A stretch of 64,000 bases of DNA, from NCBI RefSeq assembly GCF_015207035.1, contig NZ_JADEXQ010000002.1, forward strand, positions 56,274-120,273. Direction: 5' to 3'. Shown here in pieces: positions 37,806 to 48,356 of the stretch. The notes beneath the pieces were generated by a model. The model ran no database searches, was not told where the DNA came from, and saw nothing but the letters and a program-made list of their open reading frames with translations. The stretch's first letter is position 1, and every line of letters begins with the position of its first letter. Source of the DNA: Romeriopsis navalis LEGE 11480 (GTDB lineage Bacteria > Cyanobacteriota > Cyanobacteriia > Leptolyngbyales > Leptolyngbyaceae). A program made the translations under genes and the position numbers.

Positions 37806-40376
37806 TTGGCCGATGCCCCTTGTTATTTCGTGTCCCCCCAACCATTCATGATCACTAGCGATCTCGCCCCCAATCTACCCTGGAGTGAACCTCCGCTCTC
37901 CTTGCTGTCTCCGGACCAGCAAGTGAAGTTCCGAACGCAAGCCGACATTCGCCAATACAAGTTGGGGGAAGTTCTGTGGTCTTCGGATATGCCCGGTGCC
38001 CAGATTTTCTTGCTGAGCGGCAAAGTTCGCTTGGTCAGCGATGAAGGGCAGTCAACCTTGCTGAAGGCGGGTGACTGGATTGGCGATTTGTTGCAGATGT
38101 CAGGCTATAAGGCCCGCGCCGCTGGCAATGTTGAAGCAGTTGTCTGGCAGGCAGCTGACTGGAACGAGTTGGATTCGGAGGCGCTGAGCCGCTATTGGTT
38201 GAGTCAGCGAAATCGCTATCAACCCCAATCGGATACGACGCCCAAGCCAGTCAGTGGATTTCCGTTTGTGCCGGGCGTGAATACCGCTGCTGCCGCGATC
38301 ACAATGGTGGCTAACCATTTGCAGAATCCGGTGCAAATGGAGTGGGTGCAACGTCAGTTACGCAGTCAGCAGCCGACTAATTTGGTGGATGCGGCGGAGA
38401 AGACGGGCTTGCATCTACGCCGCCTCGAAACGGAATGGGCGAGTTTCCGGCTCTTGGACTTCCCCGCCCTGATGCAGTGGGGCGGTGGTAGCCGGGATCC
38501 TAAGTGGGTCGTGTTGTTTGGGGTACGCGGCGATCGCGTGATTGTTGCGGATCCGATGAATCCCTCGATGACCTGCGAAGCGATTCATCGGAGTCAATTT
38601 GAGCCCGCTTGGGATGGCCAAGTTTGGCAGGTTGATCAGATTCAGAAGCAGGATCGGTTTAACCTTGGTTGGTTCTTGCCCGCGGTCTGGAAATACAAAG
38701 GTCTGTTGATGGAGGTGCTATTTGCCTCGATCATCTTGCAGGTTTTGGGTTTGGGCTCGCCGTTAATTACCCAGGTGATTATTGACCGGGTGATGGTGCA
38801 GCAGAGTATCTCGACGCTGCATGTGATGACGGTGGCAATGATCGGGATCGCGGTATTTGAAGCGCTGCTCGGGACGATGCGGCTGTTTATCTTTACCCAT
38901 ACGGCCCGGCGGTTGGACTTGTCGCTATCAGCGCAGCTATTCCGTCACTTAATGCGGTTGCCGTTGGCTTACTTTGAAGCCCGGCGAGTGGGTGATACGG
39001 TGGCCCGCGTGCAGGAGATGGAGAATATTCGGCAGTTTCTCACGGGTACAGCGATGACGGTCGTGCTCGATGCGATCTTTGCGTCGGTCTACTTGATTTT
39101 GATGTTCTACTACAGTGCGACGCTAACGGCTTGGTCGTTGGTGGTGCTGCCCTTCTTTATTGCCTTGACGCTGATCAGTACGCCGATTTTGCGTAAGTGG
39201 TTGAATGAGACATTTAACCGTAATGCCGATAGTCAGTCGTTTCTGGTGGAAACGGTGACGGGCATTCACTCCGTTAAGGCACATACGGCGGAGCGGGCTT
39301 CGCGCGATCGCTGGGAAGGCTTGTTTGCCCGGTTTATCCGCACTGGCTTTAAGGCTTCGACGACGCAGAACATTAGCAGTAACATTGCTGATTTCCTGAC
39401 GAAGCTCTCGTATTTGATCATTCTGTGTGTGGGTGCGGGGCTGGTGATTAAGCAGGAACTGACCGTCGGTCAGTTGGTGGCATTCCAAATGCTGTCGGGC
39501 CGAGTGACGGGGCCGCTGCTGCGCTTGGCTCAGCTTTGGCAGAACTTGCAGCAGGTGTTGCTATCGGTCGATCGCATCGGCGATATTCTCAATGTGGCAC
39601 CTGAGGCCGAGCCGGGGTCCGGTTTGATTTTGCCGGATCTGGAAGGTCAAGTCACATTTGACCAAGTCTTCTTCCGTTATATTCCCAACCAAGAGCCCGT
39701 GTTGAAGGGCATTTCCTTTGAGGTAGAGCCGGGGATGCTGGTAGGCGTTGTGGGCCGTAGTGGTTCCGGTAAGAGTACGCTCTCCAAGCTGTTGCAGCGG
39801 CTGTATGTGCCGGAATCTGGCCAAATTATTGTTGATGGTTTTGATGTCAAGAGTGCTGACTTACATTCGCTGCGATCGCAGATGGGTGTGGTGCTTCAGG
39901 AAGACTTCCTGTTCAATGGCAATATTCTGGATAACATCACGCTGGGGCGCCCTGAGGTGACGGCGGAAGCCGCGGTGGAAGCCTCTCGTTTGGCCGCTGC
40001 CCATGAATTCGTCAGCGGCCTGCCCCAAGGCTACGAGACTAATGTTGGAGAGCGGGGTACGGCACTTTCCGGTGGTCAGCGTCAGCGGGTTGCGCTATCG
40101 CGTTTGTTCTTATCAGATGCGCCGATCTTGGTGCTGGACGAAGCAACCAGTGCGTTGGATAGCGAAACGGAACAGCAGGTCTTACAGAATCTTAAGAAAG
40201 TGGCCAGCAATCGGACGATCTTTATGATTGCCCACCGCTTTGCGCCACTGCGGAAGGCGGATTTGATTCTGGTGATGGAGAAGGGGGTGATTGCGGAGCA
40301 GGGCACCCATGATGAGCTGATTCGGAAGAAGGGGCTTTATTACTCGCTCTATCAGCGTCAGCAAGCGGCGGCGTAG
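37806..40376 (+). CDS. ABC exporter (HlyB/type I secretion-like) with an N-terminal cyclic-nucleotide-binding-like domain and a catalytically inactive C39-like domain
   Basis: 856 aa. cNMP-binding fold (GEVLWSSDMPGAQIFLLSGKVRLV..GDWIGDL). The C39-like domain lacks the catalytic Cys and His (NTAAAAITMV; KWVVLF). Six-helix ABC TMD. NBD with Walker A GRSGSGKST, signature LSGGQRQR, Walker B ILVLDEATS. Confidence 0.9.
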   Translation: MADAPCYFVSPQPFMITSDLAPNLPWSEPPLSLLSPDQQVKFRTQADIRQYKLGEVLWSSDMPGAQIFLLSGKVRLVSDEGQSTLLKAGDWIGDLLQMSGYKARAAGNVEAVVWQAADWNELDSEALSRYWLSQRNRYQPQSDTTPKPVSGFPFVPGVNTAAAAITMVANHLQNPVQMEWVQRQLRSQQPTNLVDAAEKTGLHLRRLETEWASFRLLDFPALMQWGGGSRDPKWVVLFGVRGDRVIVADPMNPSMTCEAIHRSQFEPAWDGQVWQVDQIQKQDRFNLGWFLPAVWKYKGLLMEVLFASIILQVLGLGSPLITQVIIDRVMVQQSISTLHVMTVAMIGIAVFEALLGTMRLFIFTHTARRLDLSLSAQLFRHLMRLPLAYFEARRVGDTVARVQEMENIRQFLTGTAMTVVLDAIFASVYLILMFYYSATLTAWSLVVLPFFIALTLISTPILRKWLNETFNRNADSQSFLVETVTGIHSVKAHTAERASRDRWEGLFARFIRTGFKASTTQNISSNIADFLTKLSYLIILCVGAGLVIKQELTVGQLVAFQMLSGRVTGPLLRLAQLWQNLQQVLLSVDRIGDILNVAPEAEPGSGLILPDLEGQVTFDQVFFRYIPNQEPVLKGISFEVEPGMLVGVVGRSGSGKSTLSKLLQRLYVPESGQIIVDGFDVKSADLHSLRSQMGVVLQEDFLFNGNILDNITLGRPEVTAEAAVEASRLAAAHEFVSGLPQGYETNVGERGTALSGGQRQRVALSRLFLSDAPILVLDEATSALDSETEQQVLQNLKKVASNRTIFMIAHRFAPLRKADLILVMEKGVIAEQGTHDELIRKKGLYYSLYQRQQAAA

Positions 40377-40411
40377 TCGAACTGGCGATGTGAGTAGATT
40401 GTGTGACTGAA

Positions 40412-40452
40412 TTACAAAAATGGGCTGCATTTTTGATGCAGCCCGTTTTTTA
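40412..40452. terminator. Bidirectional intrinsic terminator
   Basis: Stem gggctgcat/atgcagccc with loop ttttg, flanked by acaaaaa on the 5' side and gtttttta on the 3' side. It lies between convergent genes. Confidence 0.75.
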
Positions 40453-40484
40453 TGTTGTTTTAACTGCTCGATTTTCTAGGCGCA

Positions 40485-41690
40485 TTAATTGCTCGGATGG
40501 TGCCAGTATTTCATTGCCGCTGAAGCCATGGTGACGACCCCAGTGACGATCGATTTCTCATCCGGTTCAAAGAGGGGATGGTGCAATGGATAATTCAGGC
40601 GGTTTTGAAACCCGACACCGAGACGAAACATGCTGCCAGGGGCATGATCCAGATAAACCGCAAAGTCTTCTGCTCCGAGCGATGGTTCATGTAGAATTTG
40701 AATTGCTTCACGGCCCCAGGTGTCAGCGACAGCGGCTTCGATGAATCCCGTGAGGTGTGGGTCATTTTGGACAGAAGGGACACCGCGTCGATAATCCATG
40801 TGATATTTTGCGCCATAGGTTTGGCAAATGCTCGCGATAATTTGCTCAATCCATTGGGGCAGCGCTTCATGGGTCTCAGGATGTAGCGATCGGACTGTAC
40901 CGGAAAGTTGGACTTGATCGGCAATGATATTCGATGCGTGACCGCCGCTGATTTTGCCGATGGTGAGGACGATCGGGCGTAAGGGGTTTTGGGTCCGGCT
41001 AATTGCCTGTTGCAGTGAAGTAATCACTTGTGAGGCGATCCAGATGGCATCGATCGCTTCATGGGGGCGGGCACCGTGGCCGCTTTCGCCGATAATCGTG
41101 ATATCCAAGTCATCGGCGGCGGCGGTCAGTGCCCCATAGCGAATCCCAATTTTCCCAGCCATGATTGAAGGGAAAACATGCAGCGAGAAAATACTGTCAA
41201 CATTTTCCATCGCACCATCTTTGACCATCCAATTTGCCCCTTGGGCAATCTCTTCGGCAGATTGGAAGATGAATCGCATTGCACCTGGAATCCGGTCGGC
41301 TAATTGCGATAGCACCATGACGGTGCCGAGTCCGACGGTGGTGTGAATATCATGTCCGCAGGCGTGCATGATTCCCGGTGTGCGTGAGGCGAAGCCAGAA
41401 TCAACTTTTTCTTGGATTGGGAGGGCATCCATATCGGTCCGAATAGCGAGGCAACGTTGATGCGATGTTTGACCCATTAATTCGCCGATTACCCCCATTT
41501 GCCCCATGCCTTCACGGACATGTAATCCGCAAGAGGATAAGACCCCGGCAACATAAGCCGCTGTTTGAATTTCTTGGCCACTGAGTTCTGGATGACTATG
41601 CAAATGTCGTCGAATCTCCAGCAGCCGTGGAGCTAAGGCTGTGGTTAGGGCTTGAATTTCAGAATAAATTGCGGCGGATGAATCGGGCAT
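40485..41690 (-). CDS. M20D-family amidohydrolase (N-acyl-L-amino acid amidohydrolase / hippurate hydrolase-like)
   Basis: 401 aa. N-terminal IRRHLHSHPELSGQE plus metal-binding HACGHD and GESGHGARPHE motifs. Confidence 0.88.
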   Translation of the reverse strand: MPDSSAAIYSEIQALTTALAPRLLEIRRHLHSHPELSGQEIQTAAYVAGVLSSCGLHVREGMGQMGVIGELMGQTSHQRCLAIRTDMDALPIQEKVDSGFASRTPGIMHACGHDIHTTVGLGTVMVLSQLADRIPGAMRFIFQSAEEIAQGANWMVKDGAMENVDSIFSLHVFPSIMAGKIGIRYGALTAAADDLDITIIGESGHGARPHEAIDAIWIASQVITSLQQAISRTQNPLRPIVLTIGKISGGHASNIIADQVQLSGTVRSLHPETHEALPQWIEQIIASICQTYGAKYHMDYRRGVPSVQNDPHLTGFIEAAVADTWGREAIQILHEPSLGAEDFAVYLDHAPGSMFRLGVGFQNRLNYPLHHPLFEPDEKSIVTGVVTMASAAMKYWHHPSN

Positions 41691-41979
41691 ATGCAGATAT
41701 AGGGTAACAAATATGTCGTCGCACGTTGTTAGCGTGAGACCGACGTGAAGCGACGTATTTCTATTGTAGTAAACCCTTGCGATGCCTCGCTGTTCGATAT
41801 GTTGTGTTGACCGCTGGGCTATTTGATATGGTCACTGGCAATTTGATGTGCTTACTGATAACGCTGATTTGGATGAATGTAGTGACAGGAGATTAAATCT
41901 CTTAGTTTAAAATTGCAGCCTATGGTTTTATCTGTAGCTTAATGAAGGTTAAGCGAATTTCTAGGACACAATCATTCTT

Positions 41980-43287
41980 ATGGCGGACACCACAACCGCA
42001 TCTGCCACGGCTTCGCTTTTAGCAGATGCCAGCCAACACCTAACGGAAGCCTTTAAACATACACAACTGTCGCCAGATGCAATTACTTCGCTGCAGCAGC
42101 CGAAGGCGAATTTAGCCGTCTCTATTCCAGTCCGGATGGATGATGGCTCTTTGCAGGTGTTTTCTGGCTACCGTGTGCATTATGACAATACCCGTGGTCC
42201 CTATAAAGGGGGGGTGCGGTTTCATCCCCAAGTTTCCCTCGATGAGGTCCAATCCCTGGCGATGTGGATGACGTTTAAATGTGCGGTGATGGATTTACCC
42301 TTTGGGGGCGGTAAAGGCGGGATTACTGTTGATCCGAAAGCGCTTTCAAAATTGGAGCTGGAACGCCTGAGCCGAGGTTATATTGACGCGATCGCGAGTT
42401 TTATTGGAATTGATTTAGACATCATGGCCCCAGACGTTTATACCAATGCGATGGTGATGGGCTGGATGATGGATCAATATAGCCAAATTAAACAGCGTCA
42501 AGTGTTGGGGGTCGTGACGGGTAAACCGCTATCGCTGGGCGGCAGTGTGGGGCGTGATACGGCCACAGCAACGGGGGCCTTTCATGTGATTCAGACGGTC
42601 TTGCCAAAGTTAGGACGTGATCCGCAGTCGACCACCGTCGCGGTTCAGGGTTTTGGGAATGCGGGGTCAGAGTTGGCGGCGTTGCTTTGTCGTGCAGGCT
42701 ATAAAGTTGTGGCGGTTAGTGATTCGAAAGGGGGAATTTATGCGGCCCAAGGATTAGATATTCTCAGTGTGCGGGAATATAAACGATCGACCCGGAAAAT
42801 GCAGGCAATCTACTGTGATGGCAGTATTTGCAATATGGGGCAGGCGCGCAAAATTACGAATGAAGAGCTACTACAACTGGATGTGGATGTGTTGATTCCA
42901 GCGGCACTAGAGAATCAAATCACGGCCCAAAATGTGCAGCATATTCGGGCGAAGATTTTGTTCGAAGTTGCGAATGGCCCCATTAGTTTTACGGCATCTC
43001 AGACATTGGTAGCGCGCGGGGTGAAGATCTTCCCAGATATTTTGGTCAATGCTGGTGGTGTCACGGTGAGCTATTTTGAATGGGTGCAGAATCGGACCGG
43101 TTGGTACTGGACGATCGATGAAGTGAATGAACGTCTACGCAATCGTATGGAAAAGGAGACGGAGCATATTTGGGAGATTGCTCAGACCCAAGGCATTAGC
43201 CATCGGACGGCGGCCTATGTGCATGCCTTGAGGCGTTTGGGAACGGCGATCGATGCTAAGGGAAACCAGGATTATTACCGCAGTTGA
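41980..43287 (+). CDS. gdhA: NADP/NAD-specific glutamate dehydrogenase (Glu/Leu/Phe/Val dehydrogenase family)
   Basis: 435 aa. Catalytic K region GGGKGG and the Rossmann motif GFGNAGS are present. Confidence 0.9.
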   Translation: MADTTTASATASLLADASQHLTEAFKHTQLSPDAITSLQQPKANLAVSIPVRMDDGSLQVFSGYRVHYDNTRGPYKGGVRFHPQVSLDEVQSLAMWMTFKCAVMDLPFGGGKGGITVDPKALSKLELERLSRGYIDAIASFIGIDLDIMAPDVYTNAMVMGWMMDQYSQIKQRQVLGVVTGKPLSLGGSVGRDTATATGAFHVIQTVLPKLGRDPQSTTVAVQGFGNAGSELAALLCRAGYKVVAVSDSKGGIYAAQGLDILSVREYKRSTRKMQAIYCDGSICNMGQARKITNEELLQLDVDVLIPAALENQITAQNVQHIRAKILFEVANGPISFTASQTLVARGVKIFPDILVNAGGVTVSYFEWVQNRTGWYWTIDEVNERLRNRMEKETEHIWEIAQTQGISHRTAAYVHALRRLGTAIDAKGNQDYYRS

Positions 43288-45125
43288 TTGATATCAGTTG
43301 ATGGATTGTTGTCGTTGTTGTCTGCTTCATCTAAGTGGATTGGGAGCATGATGCTAAACGTGGTGCCGATGTGGGGCGTTGATGAGAAGACGATATGGCC
43401 TTGGTGGCGTTCCGTGATGATCTGATTACTGATGGTCATGCCCATGCCGGTGCCTTTGCCAATGGGTTTGGTGGTGAAAGCCTGTTTGAAGAGTCGAGCT
43501 TGATTCTCAAATGACAGACCATTGCCATTGTCCTGCACTAAAATTTGAATCGTCTCACCGTTGTGGACTTGAGTGGCGATGCTAATTGTGGGTTGCCATG
43601 TTTCAGCGTCTTGCCGTTGATGGATTTGGGTATTTGCTTCTTCCAGGGCATCGATCGCATTGCCTAAAAGATTCATAAATACCTGATTGAGTTGCCCGGG
43701 ATAGCATTCGAGTGATGGGAGGTCACCATAGTCACGCATAATCTCAATTTGGGGCCGCTCACCACAGGCTTTTAAACGTGGTTTGAGAATTAGCAGCGTG
43801 CTGTCCAACCCTTCGTGTAAATTGGCGATTTGGCGACAATCAGTATCATTGCGGGCGAAGATTTGGAGGGATTGGACGATTTCCTGCATCCGCTCCACCC
43901 CGAGATTCATTGACTTAATTAACTTGGGTAGATCTTCTTTGAGGAATTCAATTTCCCCAGATTCAATGACGGCTTTCAAGTCTGCGGATGGTTCGGTGAC
44001 GGATTGATCGTAGGTTTCGAGATAGCGGAATAGCGCTGTGAACGATTGTTCCAGTGGGAAGAGGTTGCCCCCAATGAAATGCAGCGGATTTTTGATCTCA
44101 TGGGCGATGCCCGCAATCATCATGCCTAAGGCTGACATTTTTTCGTTGCGAATCAACTGGAGCTGAATTGCCTTTAGGCGATCTTCGGTGGCGCGATGAT
44201 CGGTTAAATCCCGAATACTCCCAATAATAAATTTATAGTTATTTGCATCGGTATAGATGCTCCGCTTGGCGGAAACAAAGCGGGTTGTGCCATCGGGGTG
44301 GGGATAGAAGACCTCAGTTGTTTGGGGCTGGCCAGTCTCCAGCGCAGTTTTCGTGCTGAGGTAAAATTCTTTTGCAACGTCGATCGGTAAAATATCGTGA
44401 CTAAATGTCCCAATTACCCGATGGGGCGGTAGATTGACCAATTCGCACATGGCTTCGTTGCTTAAGACAAATTTGCCTTGGTTATCCTGGACGAAGATCG
44501 GATCGGGTAAATGATTCAGAATGTTCTTGAGAAAAGCATGGGTCGATCGCACATGATCTTGGATCTTGCGGCGTTCTTCTTCGAACTTGAATCGTTCGGT
44601 GACGTTGCGCGCAAGGCCTTGGTAGGAATTAATCTGACCATCTTCTTCAATGATCGGTGTGAGGTTTGATGAGAGCCAACGGTAACGACCATCGCGGTGT
44701 TTGAGCCGCATGATAATGCCGAGTTTGGGTTCTCCGCTGAGGTGCATTTGCTGGAAGATCTGGATTAGGCGATCGGTATCCTCAGGATGTAAAAAATCCG
44801 TAAAGGACTGGCCCAGAAAATGTGCGGCATCATAGCCCAAGACATTACTAACACTAGGGGCAATGTATTCGATGATGCCCCTAGTTGAATGCGTATAAAT
44901 CAGGTCCTGAGAGTTCTCAACGAGCACTTGAAACTGGGTCTCGCGCTCATGGAGCGCCGTTTCAGTGGCTTGTAAGTCCTGATTTTGCTGTTGTAGTTGT
45001 GCAACTAAATTCTGTAGTTCGAGAATTTCATTGAGGAGTGCTTGTTCTCGATGCGGCGTTAATTGGTTTGGGGAACATGGCGGGTTCGATGGGTCTGATC
45101 CGGGCTGATCGGCATTTTGCACCAT
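43275..45125 (-). CDS. Cytoplasmic multi-PAS sensor histidine kinase
   Basis: 616 aa with no TM helix. Coiled coil, PAS domains, HisKA H-box (AGIAHEIKNPL), and HATPase_c N/G boxes. Its 3' end overlaps the gdhA 3' end by 13 bp, convergently. Confidence 0.88.
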   Translation of the reverse strand: MVQNADQPGSDPSNPPCSPNQLTPHREQALLNEILELQNLVAQLQQQNQDLQATETALHERETQFQVLVENSQDLIYTHSTRGIIEYIAPSVSNVLGYDAAHFLGQSFTDFLHPEDTDRLIQIFQQMHLSGEPKLGIIMRLKHRDGRYRWLSSNLTPIIEEDGQINSYQGLARNVTERFKFEEERRKIQDHVRSTHAFLKNILNHLPDPIFVQDNQGKFVLSNEAMCELVNLPPHRVIGTFSHDILPIDVAKEFYLSTKTALETGQPQTTEVFYPHPDGTTRFVSAKRSIYTDANNYKFIIGSIRDLTDHRATEDRLKAIQLQLIRNEKMSALGMMIAGIAHEIKNPLHFIGGNLFPLEQSFTALFRYLETYDQSVTEPSADLKAVIESGEIEFLKEDLPKLIKSMNLGVERMQEIVQSLQIFARNDTDCRQIANLHEGLDSTLLILKPRLKACGERPQIEIMRDYGDLPSLECYPGQLNQVFMNLLGNAIDALEEANTQIHQRQDAETWQPTISIATQVHNGETIQILVQDNGNGLSFENQARLFKQAFTTKPIGKGTGMGMTISNQIITERHQGHIVFSSTPHIGTTFSIMLPIHLDEADNNDNNPSTDINQLR

Positions 45126-45340
45126 AACTTGTTGTACTACGCACTAGATTTGCAAGAGCACATATTTAGGTTGCCCAGAGTGATCACGCAGATCAACAGT
45201 TGCAATATCTTGCTAGTAGTGCGTTTTGTCACCTTTGGGCGAATATGTAACGTGTGTTGCAAAAAACAATTGACGGTGCGATTTATGGCTTACGGCGCTA
45301 AAGCGGCTCTTGGTTTGCTTGGATTGTCTGTATCCCGCGT

Positions 45341-48241
45341 TTACTTTGCTTCCATCCAGTTTTTACCGGCATGAATTTCTACCTTTAAGGGAACCGTCAG
45401 TTCGATCGCCGATTCCATTGTCGTTTTGATCGTTTCTCTGAGGCTATCCCAGGCTTCTGGTGCAACTTCTAATACGAGTTCGTCATGGACTTGGAGTAGC
45501 AGGTTCGCTTCATCGGGTTTGAGTTTGGCTTGGAGGTGAATCATTGCAAGTTTGATAATATCGGCGCTTGATCCTTGAATTGGGGCATTCGCGGCGGCCC
45601 GAAGCATTTGGGCATCATATTGGTCCCGCAATTTAATTTGATCGAGATCAATATCGTTGGGATTGCTGCCCCGCAGCTGTTGGAGCGACTGGCTATTGAA
45701 GTTAAAGTAGCGGCGCCGACCGCAGATGGTTTCGACGTAACCATTGGCGATGGCTTCGCGTTGCATTTGCTGTAGATAAGCAAAAACCTTGCTATAGCGT
45801 TCGTTAAATCGATCGATAAATGCCTTGGCTTCAGCATTCTTGACGCCGGCTTCGCGCGCAAATCGCTGGGCGCCCATGCCGTAGATTACGCCGAAATTGA
45901 TGATTTTGGCCAGTCGTCGTTCATCTGAGGAGATGTCTTCTTTCTCTAGCAGCAACTTTGCTGTGAGGGTGTGGACATCGGTGCCAGTGCGGTAGGCCTC
46001 TAGTAGGGCTGGTTCTTGACTCAGGTGGGCGACAATTCGTAGCTCAATTTGAGAGTAGTCAGCGCCCGCCAGGAGCCAACCATCGCGGGGGAGAAAGGCT
46101 TTGCGGATTTGGCGACTGAAAGCGGTGCGAATCGGAATGTTTTGCAGGTTGGGTGCGGATGACGATAGGCGACCCGTAGCAGTGACGGCTTGATTAAAGT
46201 CGGTATGGACGCGGTGGGTGTCGCTGCGGACGAGGGTGGGGAGGGCATCCACGTAGGTGGATTTGAGTTTGGAGAGGCTGCGGTATTCGACGATCGCATC
46301 TACCACTGGATGATCGCCTTTGAGTTTCTCCAGGGTTGCCGCATCGGTGGAGTACCCGGTTTTGGTTTTGCGCGATTTCTTGGTATTCAGTTCGAGTTTT
46401 TCAAACAGTAATTCGCTGAGTTGTTTGGGGGAGCCGAGATTAAACTCACTCCCGGCATCACTGTAGGCTTGCTGTTCAATGCGATCGAGGTCTTGGCCTA
46501 AATTCGTGGAAAATTCCTTGAGGTAATCCGTATCGATTTCGATGCCGACCGATTCCATATCCGCGAGGACGACTTCAGTGGGTAACTCGATCGTCTCGAA
46601 TAAGGTGTTTAAACTCGGTGTTTTGTGCAATTCGGCCCGAAGTTTCTGGGTTAATTGCCAAGTGCTGTAGACGTCCATGCCACAGTAGTTAGCGACTGCT
46701 TGAATTTCAATGTCGGCGATCGTTTTGCCTTTCGGGACGAGGTCTTTGTAGTCCTGGGCTAGAATATCGAGATAGCGCAGACTCAAGTCGCTGAGGTTAT
46801 GTTTGAGTTCCGGATTGATCACGTAGCTCGCCAGCATTGTGTCGAATATGACGCCCGCAAGTTCAATGCCTTGAAACCGAAAGACGAGGCGATCGAACTT
46901 GGCGTTTTGCAGCGTTTTGGGATAATCAGCGTTTTCTAGAATTGGCCGCAGCATTTCCAAAACAATTCCCTGATCCATCATTTTGCCATTGTGATGACCG
47001 ATGGGAATATAGGCCAGTTGATTGATGCCTTTGTCCCAGCAGCAGCCGATGCCAACGAGTTCGGCATCGCGTGGTTCTAAGGATGTGGTTTCGGTGTCCC
47101 AAGCGACGGGTTGGTTTGGATCGGTGTAGGTGAGTAGAATCTCAACCAATTCACGTAACGACTCAGGTGTGTCAATAATGCGCGGTGAAATTGTCACTTC
47201 TGCGACTTGCTGCGCTTTTTCCGTTTCTTCAGCTGTGAAAAAGGCAATGTCACTGCTTTCTTGCGTTTTAGTTGGCTTGGCTCGCGCCGCTTTGGGTTCG
47301 GGTGGTTCACCGGCAAGCTGTCGCCGCAGGGCTTCAATCTTGCGATTGAAGGCTCGAAATTCCAATTTTTCAATCAGCGGAATGATTGATTCCGCTTCAA
47401 ATCTGGTTAATTTGCAGTCAGTCAGCTCAATCGCTAACGGCACATCGAGGCAGATTTGGGCCAGCCACTGGGAGTGTTTGGCGGCGGCTTCACCATTTTC
47501 GAGTTTGGTCTTGACCGCACCTTTTAGTTCATCGAGGGATGCATATACTTGGTCAAGCGTACCGTAGGCATCAATTAGTTTTGTGGCGGTTTTTTCACCA
47601 ATGCCGCGGACCCCAGGAATGTTGTCTGAGCTGTCTCCGCAAAGGGCTTTGAAGTCGACGACTTGGTGGGGAAAAACGCCCATCTTATCTTTGACTTCCT
47701 GGATGCCGAATTCTTTGGGAGGGGGATTGGCCCGGCCAAAGCTGTTGCTCATGTAGAGAATTTTTACCCGCTCATCGGCATCAACGAGTTGGAAGAGGTC
47801 ACGATCGCCGCTCAGAACCTTGACTTGCCAGCCGGTCTTGGCCGCTTTGTTCGACATGGTGCCAATCACATCGTCGGCTTCGTAGCCTGGTACGACGACG
47901 ATTTGAAAGTTCATCGCTTTCAATACATCCTGCAAATTGTCTAGGTCCGGAATAAAGTCCTCTGGTGTTTCGGCTCTCCCCGCCTTATAGGTTTCGTCGG
48001 CTTTGTGACGAAACGTGGGTCCACCGAGATCAAAGGTGATGGCAACGTGATCCGGCTGTTCCGATTCAATTGTCTCTAATAGTGCCTTGATGAATCCATA
48101 GGATACACTGGTGGGAATTCCGGTTGAGGTGCGTAGTCCACCATCCCGGCCTTTGGCAAACGCATAGTAGGAACGAAAGGCGAGGGAATGACCATCAACT
48201 AGCAGCAGTTTTGGAGTGGTCGCAGCAGCAGTGTTATCCAA
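45341..48241 (-). CDS. polA: DNA polymerase I
   Basis: 966 aa. 5'-3' exonuclease, 3'-5' exonuclease and polymerase domains with motif A (DYSQIELR) and motif B (RRLAKIINFGVIYG). Confidence 0.97.
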   Translation of the reverse strand: MDNTAAATTPKLLLVDGHSLAFRSYYAFAKGRDGGLRTSTGIPTSVSYGFIKALLETIESEQPDHVAITFDLGGPTFRHKADETYKAGRAETPEDFIPDLDNLQDVLKAMNFQIVVVPGYEADDVIGTMSNKAAKTGWQVKVLSGDRDLFQLVDADERVKILYMSNSFGRANPPPKEFGIQEVKDKMGVFPHQVVDFKALCGDSSDNIPGVRGIGEKTATKLIDAYGTLDQVYASLDELKGAVKTKLENGEAAAKHSQWLAQICLDVPLAIELTDCKLTRFEAESIIPLIEKLEFRAFNRKIEALRRQLAGEPPEPKAARAKPTKTQESSDIAFFTAEETEKAQQVAEVTISPRIIDTPESLRELVEILLTYTDPNQPVAWDTETTSLEPRDAELVGIGCCWDKGINQLAYIPIGHHNGKMMDQGIVLEMLRPILENADYPKTLQNAKFDRLVFRFQGIELAGVIFDTMLASYVINPELKHNLSDLSLRYLDILAQDYKDLVPKGKTIADIEIQAVANYCGMDVYSTWQLTQKLRAELHKTPSLNTLFETIELPTEVVLADMESVGIEIDTDYLKEFSTNLGQDLDRIEQQAYSDAGSEFNLGSPKQLSELLFEKLELNTKKSRKTKTGYSTDAATLEKLKGDHPVVDAIVEYRSLSKLKSTYVDALPTLVRSDTHRVHTDFNQAVTATGRLSSSAPNLQNIPIRTAFSRQIRKAFLPRDGWLLAGADYSQIELRIVAHLSQEPALLEAYRTGTDVHTLTAKLLLEKEDISSDERRLAKIINFGVIYGMGAQRFAREAGVKNAEAKAFIDRFNERYSKVFAYLQQMQREAIANGYVETICGRRRYFNFNSQSLQQLRGSNPNDIDLDQIKLRDQYDAQMLRAAANAPIQGSSADIIKLAMIHLQAKLKPDEANLLLQVHDELVLEVAPEAWDSLRETIKTTMESAIELTVPLKVEIHAGKNWMEAK

Positions 48242-48356
48242 GGTAGACCTATGGGGCGATGAGAAAATTGACGGTACTTATTGTAGCGACAATGCGGCCC
48301 AAAACTGGATTGATCAAGGTTCAAACGCAAAAAATGTGATTGCCGCTGCGGCGCGA

